NCBI GenBank assembly: GCA_964016885.1
Contig: OZ024754.1
Location: 20,150,001-20,214,000 of the forward strand
Direction: 5' to 3'
From: Eledone cirrhosa
Taxonomy: Eukaryota
DNA: 64,000 nt
Every line of letters starts with the position of its first letter. Positions within the stretch are counted from its first letter, which is position 1. A program made the translations under genes and the position numbers. Below the pieces are notes generated by a model. It was not told the DNA's origin and made no database searches. It saw only the letters and a list, made by a program, of their open reading frames with translations. Below, one piece after another: positions 12,996 to 27,900 of this stretch.

Positions 12996-15900
12996 ATCTC
13001 AGATCAAGTCACTTGCCAGACATGTACAACTCTGACTAAAATGACTCTTCCATGATATAGTTACTTTAGTTTCAACACATTCTCAGATCAAGTCACTTGC
13101 CAGACATGTACAACTGTGGCTAAAATGACTCTTCCATGATATAGTTACTTTAGTTTTCAAACAGTCTCAGATCAAGTCACTTGCTAGACATGTATAATTG
13201 TGGCTAAAATGACTCTTCCATGATATAGTTACTTTAGTTTCAACACAGTCACAGATCAAGTCACTTGCCAGACATGTACAACTGTGACTAAAACGACTCT
13301 TCCATGATATAGTTACTTTAGTTTCAACACAATCTCAGATCCTGTCATTTGCGAGACATGTACAACTGTGGCTAAAATGACTCTTCCATGATATAGTTAC
13401 TTTAGTTTCAACACGGTCTTAGATCAAGTCACTTGCCAGACTGTGGCTAAAATGACTCTTCCATGATATAGTTACTTTAGTTTCAACACAGTCTCAGATC
13501 AAGTCACTTGCTAGACATGTATAACTGTGGCTAAAATTACTCTTCCATGATATAGTTACTTTTGTTTCAACACAATCTCACATCAAGTCACTTGCCAGAC
13601 ATGTACAACTGTGACTAAAATGACTCTTCCATGATATAGTTACTTTAGTTTCAACACAGTCACAGATCAAGTCACTTGCCAGACATGTACAACTATGGCT
13701 CAAATGACTCTTCCATGATATAGTTACTTTAGTTTCAACACAGTCTCAGATCAACTCACTTGTCAGACATGTACAACTGTGACTACAATGACTCTTCCAG
13801 GAAATAGTTACTTTAGTTTCTACATAGTCACAGATCAAGTCCCTTGCCAGACATGTACAACTGTGGCTAAAATGACTCTTCAATAACATAGTTACTTTAG
13901 TTTCAACACAGTTTCAGATCAGGTCACTTGCCAGACACGTACGAATGTGGCTAAAATGACTCTTCCCTGATATAGTTACTTTAGTTTCAACACAGTTTCA
14001 GATCAGGTCACTTGCCAGACACGTACCACTGTGGCTAAAATGACTCTTCCATGATATAGTTACTTTAGTTTCAACACAGTTTCACATCAAGTCACTTGCC
14101 AGACATGTACAACTGTGGCTAAAATGACTCTTCCATGATATAGTTACTTTAGTTTCAACACAATCTCAGATCCTGTCACTTGCGAGACATGTACAACTGT
14201 GGCTAAAATGACTCTTCCATGATATAGTTACTTTTGTTTCAACACGGTCTTAGATCAAGTCACTTGCCAGACTGTGGCTAAAATGACTCTTCCATGATAT
14301 AGTTACTTTAGTTTTCAAACAGTCTCAGATCAAGTCACTTGCTAGACATGTATAACTGTGGCTAAAATTACTCTTCCATGATATAGTTACTTTAGTTTCA
14401 ACACATTTTCAGATCAGGTCACTTGCCATACACGTACCACTGTGGCTAAAATGACTCTTCCATGATATAGTTACTTTAGTTTTCAAACAATCTCAGATCA
14501 TGTCACTTGCTAGACATGTATAACTGTGGCTAAAATGACTCTTCCATGATATAGTTACTTTAGCTTCAACACAGTTTCAGATCAGGTCACCTGCCAGACA
14601 CGTACCACTGTGTTTTATATGACTCTTCCATGATATAGTTACTTTAGTTTCAACACAGTCACAGATCAAGTCACTTGCCAGACATGTACAACTGTGGCTA
14701 AGATGACTATTCCATGATGTAGTTACTTTAGTTTCAACACTATCTCAGATCCTGTCAGTTGCGAGACATGTACAACTGTGGCTAAAATGACTCTTCCATG
14801 ATATAGTTACTTTAGTTTCAACACAGTCTCAGATCAAGTCACTTGACAGACATGTACAACTGTGGCTAACATGACTCTTCCATGATATAGTTACTTTAGT
14901 TTCAACACAGTCACAGATCAAGTCACTTGCCAGACATGTACAACTGTGGCTAAGATGACTATTCCATGATGTAGTTACTTTAGTTTCAACACAGTCTCAG
15001 ATCAAGTCACTTGACAGACATGTACAATTGTGGCTAAAATGACTCTTCCATGATATAGTTACTTTAGTTTCAACACAGTCTCAGATCAAGTCACTTGCCA
15101 GACATGTACAACTGTGGCTAAAATGACTCTTCCATGATATAGTTACTTTAGTTTCAACACAGTTTCAGATCAAGTCACTTGCCAGACATGTACATCTGTG
15201 GCTAAAATGACTCTTCCATGATATAGTTACTTTAGTTTCAACACAGTCACAGATCAAGTCAATTTCCAGACATGTACAACTGTGGCTAAAATGACTCTTC
15301 CATGATATAGTTACTTTAGTTTCAACACAGTCACAGATCAAGTCACTTGCCAGACATGTACAACTGTGGCTAAAGTGACTCTTCCGTGATATAGTTACTT
15401 TAGTTTCAACACAGTCTCAGATCAAGTCACTTGTCATACATGTACAACTGTGGCTAAAATGACTCTTCCATGATATAGTTACTTTAGTTTCAACACAGTC
15501 TCAGATCAAGTCACTTGCCAGACATGTACAACAGTGGCTAAAATGACTCTTCCATGATATAGTTACTTTAGATTCAACACAGTCTTAGATCAAGTCACTT
15601 GCAAGACTGTGGCTAAAATGACTCTTCCATGATATAGTTACTTCAGTTTCAACACAGTCTCAGATCAAGTTACTTGCCAAACATGTACAACTGTGGCTAA
15701 AATGACTCTTCCATGATATAGTTACTTTAGTTTCAACACAATCTCAGATCAAGTCACTTGCCAGACATGTACAACTGTGGCTAAAATGACTCTTCCATGA
15801 TATAGTTACTTTAGTTTCAACACAGTTTCAGATGAAGTCACTTGCCAGACATGTACAACTGTGGTTGAAATGACTCTTCCATGATATAGTTACTTTTGTT

Positions 15901-18900
15901 TCAACACAGTCACAGATCAAGACACTTGCCAGACATGTACAACTATGGCTAAAATGACTCTTCCATAATATAGTTACTTTAGTTTCAACACAATCTCAGA
16001 TCAAGTCACTTGACGGCAATGTACAACTGTGGCTAAAATTACTCTTCCATGATATAGTTACTTTAGTTTCAACACAGTCACAGATCAAGTCACTTGCCAG
16101 ACATGTACAGCTGTGGCTAAAATGACTCTTCCATGATATAGTTACTTTAGTTTCAACACAGTCTCAGATCAGGTCACTTGCCAAACATGAACAACTGTGG
16201 CTAAAATGACTCTTCCAGGATATAGTTACTTTAGTTTCAACACAATCTGAGATCCAGTCACTTGCGAGACATGCACAACTGTGGCTAAAATGACTCTTCC
16301 ATGATATAGTTACTTTAGTTTCAACACAGTCTTAGATCAAGTCACTTGCCAGACTGTGGCTAAAATGACTCTTCCATGATATAGTTACTTTAGTTTCAAC
16401 ACAGTCTCAGATCAAGTTACTTGCCAGACATGTACAACTGTGGCTAAAATGACTCTTCCATGATATAGTTACTTTAGTTTCAACACAATCTCAGATCAAG
16501 TCACTTGCCAGACATGTACAACTGTGGCTAAAATGACTCTTCCATGATATAGTTACTTTAGTTTCAACACAGTCTCAGATCAAGTCACTTGCCAGACATG
16601 TACAACTGTGGCTAAAATGACTCTTACATGATATAGTTACTTTAGTTTCAACACAGTCTCAGATCAAGTCACTTGCCAGACATGTACAACTGTGGCTAAA
16701 ATGACTCTTCCATGATATAGTTACTTTAGTTTCAACACAATCTCAGATCAAGTCACTTGCCAGACATGTACAACTGTGGCGAAAATGACGCTTCCATGAT
16801 ATAGTTACTTTAGTTTCAACACAATCTCAGATCAAGTCACTTGCCAGACATGTACAACTGTGGCTAAAATCGCTCTTCCATGATATAGTTACTTTAGTTT
16901 CAACACAATCTCAGATCAAGTCACTTGCCAGACATGTACAACTGTGGCTAAAATGACTCTTCCATGATATAGTTACTTTAGTTTCAACACTGTCTTAGAT
17001 CAAGTCACCTGCCAGACTGTGGCTAAAATGACTCTTCCATGATATAGTTACTTTAGTTTCAAAAGAGTCTCAGATCAAGTCACTTGCCAGACATGTACAA
17101 CTGTGGCTAAAATGACTCAACCATGATATAGTTACTTTAGTTTCAACACAGTCTCAGATCAAGTCACTTGCCAGACATGTACAACTGTGGCTAAAATGAC
17201 TCATCCATGATATAGTTACTTTAGTTTCAACACAGTCTCAGATCAAGTCACTTGCCAGACATGTACAACTGTGGCTAAAATGTCTCTTCCATGATATAGT
17301 TACTTTAGTTTCAAAACAGTCTCAGATCAAGTCACTTGCCAGACATGTACAACTGTGGCTAAAATAACTCTTCCATGATATAGTTACTTTAGTTTCAACA
17401 CAGTTTCAGATGAAGTCACTTGCCAGACATGTACAACTGTGGCTAAAATGACTCTTCCATGATATAGTTACTTTTGTTTCAACACAGTCACAGATCATGT
17501 CACTTGCCAGACATGTACAACTATGGCTAAAATGACTCTTCCATAATGTAGTGACTTTAGTTTCAACACAATCTCAGATCAAGTCACTTGCCAGACATGT
17601 ACAACTGTGGCTCAAATGACTCTTCCATGATATAGTTACTTTAGTTTCAACACAGTCACAGATCAAGTCACTTGCCAGACATGTACAACTGTGGCTAAAA
17701 TGACTCTTCCATGATATAGTTACTTTAGTTTCAACACAGTCTCAGATCAGGTCACTTGCCAAACATGAACAACTGTGGCTAAAATGACTCTTCCATGATA
17801 TAGTTACTTTAGTTTCAACACAATCTCAGATCCAGTCACTTGCGAGATATGTACAACTGTGGCTAATATGACTCTTCCATGATATAGTTACTTTAGTTTC
17901 AACACAGCCTTAGATCAAGTCACTTGCCAGACTGTGGCTAAAATGACTCTTCCATGATATAGTTACTTTAGTTTCAACACAGTTTCAGATGAAGTCACTT
18001 GCAAGACATGTACAACTGTGGCTAAAATGACTCTTCCATGATATAGTTACTTTAGTTTCAACACAGTCTCAAATCAAGTCACTTGCCAGACATGTACAAC
18101 TGTGGCTAAAATGACTCTTCCATGATATAGTTACTTTTGTTTCAACACAGTCACAGATCAAGTCACTTACCAGACATGTACAACTATGGCTAAAATGACT
18201 CTTCCATAATGTAGTTACTTTACTTTCAACACAATCTCAGATGAAGTCACTTGCCATACATGTACAACTGAGGCTAAAATGACTCTTCCATGATATAGTT
18301 ACTTTTGTTTCAACACAGTCACAGATCAAGTCACTTGCCAGACATGTACAACTGTGGCTAAAATGACTCTTCCATGATATAGTTACTTTAGTTTCAACAC
18401 AGTCTTAGAGCAAGTCACTTACCAAACATGTACAACTGTGGCTAAAATGACTCTTCCATGATATAGTTACTTTAGTTTCAACACAGTCTCAGATCAAGTC
18501 ACTTGCCAGACATGTACAACTGTGGCTAAAATGACTCTTCCATGATATAGTTACTTTAGTTTCAACACAATCTCAGATCAAGTCACTTGCCAGACATGTA
18601 CAACTGTGGCGAAAATGATGCTTCCATGATATAGTTACTTTAGTTTCAACACAATCTCAGATCAAGTCACTTGCCAGACATGTACAACTGTGGCTAAAAT
18701 CGCTCTTCCATGATATAGTTACTTTAGTTTCAACACACTCTCAGATCAAGTCACTTGCCAGACATGTACAACTGTGGCTAAAATGACTCTTCCATGATAT
18801 AGTTACTTTAGTTTCAACACGATCTCAGATCAAGTCATTTGCCAGACATGTACAACTGTGGCTAAAATGACTCTTCCATGATATAGTTACTTTAGTTTCA

Positions 18901-21900
18901 ACACTGTCTTAGATCTGGTCACTTGCCACAATGTGGCTAAAATGACTCTTCCATGATATAGTTACTTTAGTTTCAAAACAGTTTCAGATCAAGTCACTTG
19001 CCAGACATGTACATCTGTGGCTAAAATGACTCTTCCATGAAATATTTACTTTAGTTTCAACACAGTCTCAGATCAAGTCACTTGCCAGACATGTACAACT
19101 GAGGCTAAAATGACTCTTCCATGATATAGTTACTTTAGTTTCAACACAGTCTTAGATCAAGTCACTTGCCAGACTGTGGCTAAAATGACTCTTCCATGAT
19201 ATAGTTACTTTAGTTTCAACACAGTCTCAGATCAAGTTACTTGCCAGACATGTACAACTGTGGCTTGAATGACTCTTCCATGATATAGTTACTTTAGTTT
19301 CAACACAATCTCAGATCAAGTCACTTGCCAGACATGTACAACTGTGGCTAAAATGACTCTTCCATGATATAGTTACTTTAGTTTCAACACACTCTCAGAT
19401 CAAGTCACTTGCCAGAAATGTACAACTGTGGCTAAAATGACTCTTCCATGATATAGTTACTTTAGTTTCAACACAGTTTCAGATCAAGTCACTTGCCAGA
19501 CATGTACAACTGTGGCTAAAATGACTCTTCCATGATATAGTTACTTTAGTTTCAACACAATCTCAGATCAGGTCACTTGCCAGACATGTACAACTGTGGC
19601 TAAAATGACGCTTCCATGATATAGTTACTTTAGTTTCAACACGATCTCAGATCAAGTCACTTGCCAGACATGTACAACTGTGGCTAAAATCGCTCTTCCA
19701 TGAAATAGTTACTTTAGTTTCAACACAATCTCAGATCAAGTCACTTGCCAGACATGTACAACTGTGGCTAAAATGACTCTTCCATGATATAGTTACTTTA
19801 GTTTCAACACTGTCTTAGATCAAGTCACTTGCCAGACTGTGGCTAAAATGACTCTTCCATGATATAGTTACTTTCGTTTCAAAACAGTCTCAGATGAAGT
19901 CACTTGCTAGACATGTACAACTGTGGCTAAAATGACTCTTCCATGATATAGTTACTTTAGTTTCAACACAGTCACAGATCAAGTCACTTGTCAGACATGT
20001 ACAACTATGGCTAAAATGACTCTTCCATAATATAGTTACTTTAGTTTCAACACAATCTCAGATCAATTCACTTGCCAGACATGTACAACTGTGGCTAAAA
20101 TGACTCTTCCATGATATAGTTACTTTAGTTTCAACACAGTCACAGATCAAGTCACTTGCCAGACATGTACAACTGTGGCTAAAATGACTCTTCCATGATA
20201 TAGTTACTTTAGTTTCAACACAGTCTCAGATCAGGTCTCTTGCCAAACATGAACAACTGTGGCTAAAATGACTCTTCCATGATATAGTTACTTTAGTTTC
20301 AACACAATCTCAGATCCAGTCACTTGCGAGATATGTACAACTGTGGCTAAAATGACTCTTCCATGATATAGTTACTTTAGTTTCAACACAGTCTTAGATC
20401 AAGTCACTTGCCAAACTGTGGCTAAAATGACTCTTCCATGATATAGTTACTTTAGTTTCAACACAGTCTCAGATCAAGTTACTTGCCAGACATGTACAAC
20501 TGTGGCTAAAATGACTCTTCCATGATATAGTTACTTTAGTTTCAACACAATCTCAGATCAAGTCACTTGCCAGACATGTACAACTGTGGCTAAAATCGCT
20601 CTTCCATGATATAGTTACTTTAGTTTCAACACAATCTCAGATCAAGTCACTTGCCAGACATGTACAACTGTGGCTAAAATGACTCTTCCATGATATAGTT
20701 ACTTTAGTTTCAACACTCTCTTAGATCAAGTCACTTGCCAGACTGTGGCTAAAATGACTCTTCCATGATATAGTTACTTTAGTTTCAACACAGTCACAGA
20801 TCAAGTCACTTGCCAAACATGTACAACTATGTCTAAAATGACTCTTCCATAATATAGTTACTTTAGTTTCAACACAATCTCAGATCAAGTCACTTGCCAG
20901 ACATGTACAACTGTGGCTAAAATGACTCTTCCATGATATAGTTACTTTAGTTTCAACACAGTCACAGATCAAGTCACTTGCCAGACATTTACAACTGTGG
21001 CTAAAATGACTCTTCCATGATATAGTTACTTTAGTTTCAACACAGTCTCAGATCAGGTCACTTGCCAAACATGAACAACTGTGGCTAAAATGACTCTTCC
21101 ATGATATAGTTACTTTAGTTTCAACACAATCTCAGATCCAGTCACTTGCGAGATATGTACAACTGTGGCTAAAATGACTCTTCCATGATATAGTTACTTT
21201 AGTTTCAACACAATCTCAGATCAAGTCACTTGCCAGACATGTACAACTGTGGCTAAAATGACTCTTCCATGATATAGTTACTTTCGTTTCAACACAGTCT
21301 CAGATCAAGTCACTTGCCAGACATGTACAACTGTGGCTAAAATGACTCTTCTATGATATAGTTACTTTAGTTTCAACACAATCTCAGATCAAGTCACTTG
21401 CCAGACATGTACAACTGTGGCGAAAATGACGCTTCCATGATATAGTTACTTTAGTTTCAACACAATCTCATATCAAGTCACTTGCCAGACATGTACAACT
21501 GTGGCTAAAATCGCTCTTCCATGATATAGTTACTTTAGTTTCAACACAATCTCAGATCAAGTCACTTGCCAGACATGTACATCTGTGGCTAAAATGACTC
21601 TTCCATGAAATATTTACTTTAGTTTCAACACAGTCTCAGATCAAGTCACTTGCCAGACATGTACAACTGAGGCTAAAATGACTCTTCCATGATATAGTTA
21701 CTTTAGTTTCAACACAGTCACAGATCAAGTCACTTGCCAGACATGTACAACTATGGCTAAAATGACTCTTCCATGATATAGTTACTTTAGTTTCAACACA
21801 ATCTCAGATCAAGTCACTTGCCAGACATGTACAACTGTGGCTAAAATGACTCTTCCATGATATAGTTACTTTAGTTTCAACACAGTCTCAGATCAGGTCA

Positions 21901-24900
21901 CTTGCCAAACATGAACAACTGTGGCTAAAATGACTCTTCCATGTTATAGTTACTTTAGTTTCAACACAATCTCAGATCCAGTCACTTGCGAGACATGTAC
22001 AACTGTGGCTAAAATGACTCTTCCATGATATAATTACTTTAGTTTCAACACAGTCTTAGATCAAGTCACTTGCCAGACTGTGGCTAAAATGACTCTTCCA
22101 TGATATAGTTACTTTAGTTTCAACACAGTCTCAGATCAAGTTACTTGCCAGACATGTACAACTGTGGCTAGAATGACTCTTCCATGATATAGTTACTTTA
22201 GTTTCAACACAATCTCAGATCAAGTCACTTGCCAGACATGTACAACTGTGGCTAAAATGACTCTTCCATGATATAGTTACTTTAGTTTCAACACAGTCTC
22301 AGATCAAGTCACTTGCCAGACATGTACAACTGTGGCTAAAATGACTCTTCCATGATATAGTTACTTTAGTTTCAACACAGTCTCAGATCAAGTCACTTGC
22401 CAGACATGTACAACTGTGGCTAAAATGACTCTTCCATGATATAGTTACTTTAGTTTCAACACAATCTCAGATCAGGTCACTTGCCAGACATGTACAACTG
22501 TGGCTAAAATGACGCTTCCATGATATAGTTACTTTAGTTTCAACACAATCTCAGATCAAGTCACTTGCCAGACATGTACAACTGTGGCTAAAATCGCTCT
22601 TCCATGATATAGTTACTTTAGTTTCAACACAATCTCAGATCAAGTCACTTGCCAGACATGTACAACTGTGGCTAAAATGACTCTTCCATGATATAGTTAC
22701 TTTAGTTTCAACACTGTCTTAGATCAAGTCACTTGCCAGACTGTGGCTAAAATGACTCTTCCATGATATAGTTACTTTAGTTTCAAAACAGTCTCAGATG
22801 AAGTCACTTGCTAGACATGTACAACTGTGGCTAAAATGACTCTTCCATGATATAGTTACTTTAGTTTCTACACACTCACAGATCAAGTCACTTGCCAGAC
22901 ATGTTCAACTATGGCTAAAATGACTTTTCCATAATATAGTTACTTTAGTTTCAACACAATCTCAGATCAAGTCACTTGCCAGACATGTACAACTGTGGCT
23001 AAAATGACTCTTCCATGATATAGTTACTTTAGTTTCAACACAGTCACAGATCAAGTCACTTGCCAGACATGTACAACTGTGGCTAAAATGACTCTTCCAT
23101 GATATAGTTACTTTAGTTTCAACACAGTCTCAGATCAGGTCACTTGCCAAACATGAACAACTGTGGCTAAAATGACTCTTCCATGATATAGTTACTTTAG
23201 TTTCAACACAATATCAGATCCAGTCACTTGCGAGATATGTACAACTGTGGCTAAAATGACTCTTCCATGATATAGTTACTTTAGTTTCAACACAGTCTTA
23301 GATTAAGTCACTTGCCAGACTGTGGCTAAAATGACTCTTCCATGATATAGTTACTTTAGTTTCAACACAGTCTCAGATCAAGTTACTTGCCAGACATGTA
23401 CAACTGTGGCTAAAATGACTCTTCCATGATATAGTTACTTTAGTTTCAACACAATCTCAGATCAAGTCACTTGCCAGACGTGTACAACTGTGGCTAAAAT
23501 GACTCTTCCATGATATAGTTACTTTAGTTTCAACACAGTCTCAGATCAAGTCACTTGCCAGACATGTACAACTGTGGCTAAAATGATTCTTCCATGATAT
23601 AGTTACTTTAGTTTCAACACAATCTCAGATCAAGTCACTTGCCAGACATGTACAACTGTGTCGAAAATGACGCTTCCATGATATAGTTACTTTAGTTTCA
23701 ACACAATCTCAGATCAAGTCACTTGCCAGACATGTACAACTGTGGCTAAAATGACAATCTCAGATCAAATCACTTGCCAGACATGTACAACTGTGGCGAA
23801 AATGACGCTTCCATGATATAGTTACTTTAGTTTCAACACAATCTCAGATCAAGTCACTTGCCAGACATGTACAACTGTGGCTAAAATCGCTCTTCCATGA
23901 TATAGTTACTTTAGTTTCAACACAATCTCAGATCAAGTCACTTGCCAGACATGTACAACTGTGGCTAAAATGACTCTTCCATAATATAGTTACTTTAGTT
24001 TCAACACTGTCTTAGATCAAGTCACTTGCCAGGCTGTGGCTAAAATGACTCTTCCATAATATAGTTACTTTAGTTTCAACACAGTCTAAGATCAAGTCAC
24101 TTGCCAGACATGTACAACTGTGGCTAAAATGACTCTTCCATGATATAGTTACTTTAGTTTCAACACAGTCTCAGATCAAGTCACTTGCCAGGCATGTACA
24201 ACTGTGGCTAAAATGACTCTTCCATGATATAGTTACTTTAGTTTCAACACAATCTCAGATCAGGTCACTTGCCAAACATGAACAACTGTGGCTAAAATGA
24301 CTCTTCCATGATATAGTTACTTTAGTTTCAACACAATATCAGATCCAGTCACTTGTGAGATATGTACAACTGTGGCTAAAATGACTCTTCCATGATATAG
24401 TTACTTTAGTTTCAACACAATCTTAGATCATGTCACTTGCCAGACTGTGGCTAAAATGACTCTTCCATGATATAGTTACTTTAGTTTCAACACAGTCTCA
24501 GATCAAGTTACTTGCCAGACATGTACAACTGTGGCTAAAATGACTCTTCCATGATATAGTTACTTTAGTTTCAACACAATCTCAGATCAGGTCACTTGCG
24601 AGATATGTACAACTGTGGCTAAAATGACTCTTCCATGATATAGTTACTTTAGTTTCAACACAATCTCAGATCAAGTCACTTGCCAGACATGTACAACTGT
24701 GGCTAAAATGACTCTTCCATGATATAGTTACTTTAGTTTCAACACAGTCTCAGATCAAGTCACTTGCCAGACATGTACAACTGTGGGCTAAAATGACTCT
24801 TCCATGATATAGTTACTTTAGTTTCAACACAATCTCAGATCAAGTCACTTGCCAGACATGTACAACTGTGGCGAAAATGACGCTTCCATGATATAGTTAC

Positions 24901-27900
24901 TTTAGTTTCAACACAATCTCAGATCAAGTCACTTGCCAGACATGTACAACTGTGGCTAAAATCGCTCTTCCATGATATAGTTACTTTAGTTTCAACACAA
25001 TCTCAGATCAAGTCACTTGCCAGACATGTACAACTGTGGCTAAAATGACTCTTCCATAATATAGTTACTTTAGTTTCAACACTGTCTTAGATCAAGTCAC
25101 TTGCCAGGCTGTGGCTAAAATGACTCTTCCATGATATAGTTACTTTAGTTTCAAAACAGTCTCAGATGAAGTCACTTGCCAGACATGTACATCTGTGGCT
25201 AAAATGACTCTTCCATGATATAGTTACTTTAGTTTCAACACAGTCTAAGATCAAGTCACTTCCCAGACATGTACAACTGTGGCTAAAATGACTCTTCCAT
25301 GATATAGTTACTTTAGTTTCAACACAGTCTCAGATCAAGTCACTTGCCAGACATGTACAACTGTGGCTAAAATGACTCTTCCATGATATAGTTACTTTAG
25401 TTTCAACACAATCTCAGATCAGGTCACTTGCCAAACATGAACAACTGTGGCTAAAATGACTCTTCCATGATATAGTTACTTTAGTTTCAACACAATATCA
25501 GATCCAGTCACTTGTGAGATATGTACAACTGTGGCTAAAATGACTCTTCCATGATATAGTTACTTTAGTTTCAACACAATCTTAGATCATGTCACTTGCC
25601 AGACTGTGGCTAAAATGACTCTTCCATGATATAGTTACTTTAGTTTCAACACAGTCTCAGATCAAGTTACTTGCCAGACATGTACAACTGTGGCTAAAAT
25701 GACTCTTCCATGATATAGTTACTTTAGTTTCAACACAATCTCAGATCAAGTCACTTGCGAGATATGTACAACTGTGGCTAAAATGACTCTTCCATGATAT
25801 AGTTACTTTAGTTTCAACACAATCTCAGATCAAGTCACTTGCCAGACATGTACAACTGTGGCTAAAATGACTCTTCCATGATATAGTTACTTTCGTTTCA
25901 ACACAGTCTCAGATCAAGTCACTTGCCAGACATGTACAACTGTGGCTAAAATGACTCTTCTATGATATAGTTACTTTAGTTTCAACACAATCTCAGATCA
26001 AGTCACTTGCCAGACATGTACAACTGTGGCGAAAATGACGCTTCCATGATATAGTTACTTTAGTTTCAACACAATCTCATATCAAGTCACTTGCCAGACA
26101 TGTACAACTGTGGCTAAAATCGCTCTTCCATGATATAGTTACTTTAGTTTCAACACAATCTCAGATCAAGTCACTTGCCAGACATGTACATCTGTGGCTA
26201 AAATGACTCTTCCATGAAATATTTACTTTAGTTTCAACACAGTCTCAGATCAAGTCACTTGCCAGACATGTACAACTGAGGCTAAAATGACTCTTCCATG
26301 ATATAGTTACTTTAGTTTCAACACAGTCACAGATCAAGTCACTTGCCAGACATGTACAACTATGGCTAAAATGACTCTTCCATGATATAGTTACTTTAGT
26401 TTCAACACAATCTCAGATCAAGTCACTTGCCAGACATGTACAACTGTGGCTAAAATGACTCTTCCATGATATAGTTACTTTAGTTTCAACACAGTCTCAG
26501 ATCAGGTCACTTGCCAAACATGAACAACTGTGGCTAAAATGACTCTTCCATGTTATAGTTACTTTAGTTTCAACACAATCTCAGATCCAGTCACTTGCGA
26601 GACATGTACAACTGTGGCTAAAATGACTCTTCCATGATATAATTACTTTAGTTTCAACACAGTCTTAGATCAAGTCACTTGCCAGACTGTGGCTAAAATG
26701 ACTCTTCCATGATATAGTTACTTTAGTTTCAACACAGTCTCAGATCAAGTTACTTGCCAGACATGTACAACTGTGGCTAGAATGACTCTTCCATGATATA
26801 GTTACTTTAGTTTCAACACAATCTCAGATCAAGTCACTTGCCAGACATGTACAACTGTGGCTAAAATGACTCTTCCATGATATAGTTACTTTAGTTTCAA
26901 CACAGTCTCAGATCAAGTCACTTGCCAGACATGTACAACTGTGGCTAAAATGACTCTTCCATGATATAGTTACTTTAGTTTCAACACAGTCTCAGATCAA
27001 GTCACTTGCCAGACATGTACAACTGTGGCTAAAATGACTCTTCCATGATATAGTTACTTTAGTTTCAACACAATCTCAGATCAGGTCACTTGCCAGACAT
27101 GTACAACTGTGGCTAAAATGACGCTTCCATGATATAGTTACTTTAGTTTCAACACAATCTCAGATCAAGTCACTTGCCAGACATGTACAACTGTGGCTAA
27201 AATCGCTCTTCCATGATATAGTTACTTTAGTTTCAACACAATCTCAGATCAAGTCACTTGCCAGACATGTACAACTGTGGCTAAAATGACTCTTCCATGA
27301 TATAGTTACTTTAGTTTCAACACTGTCTTAGATCAAGTCACTTGCCAGACTGTGGCTAAAATGACTCTTCCATGATATAGTTACTTTAGTTTCAAAACAG
27401 TCTCAGATGAAGTCACTTGCTAGACATGTACAACTGTGGCTAAAATGACTCTTCCATGATATAGTTACTTTAGTTTCTACACACTCACAGATCAAGTCAC
27501 TTGCCAGACATGTTCAACTATGGCTAAAATGACTTTTCCATAATATAGTTACTTTAGTTTCAACACAATCTCAGATCAAGTCACTTGCCAGACATGTACA
27601 ACTGTGGCTAAAATGACTCTTCCATGATATAGTTACTTTAGTTTCAACACAGTCACAGATCAAGTCACTTGCCAGACATGTACAACTGTGGCTAAAATGA
27701 CTCTTCCATGATATAGTTACTTTAGTTTCAACACAGTCTCAGATCAGGTCACTTGCCAAACATGAACAACTGTGGCTAAAATGACTCTTCCATGATATAG
27801 TTACTTTAGTTTCAACACAATATCAGATCCAGTCACTTGCGAGATATGTACAACTGTGGCTAAAATGACTCTTCCATGATATAGTTACTTTAGTTTCAAC

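Larger units (their letters stand above)
1..15900 (+). repeat. Satellite sub-domain A (left)
   Basis: Diagnostic variants are confined here: CAGGTCACTTGCCAGACACGTACCAC, TTAGTTTTCAAACAG, GCTAGACATGTATAAC, ATCCTGTCA..TGCGAG, ACGGTCTTAG and CTTCCTTGGTA. They are last seen around 14.3-14.8 kb. The right boundary is approximate. Confidence 0.8.

Noticed and set aside
21281-21300. CENP-B box-like motif (TTTCGTTTCAACACAG; also about 19872 and 25891)
   Set aside because: It has TTCG and the central A but lacks the required CGGG, and it occurs in only three monomers.
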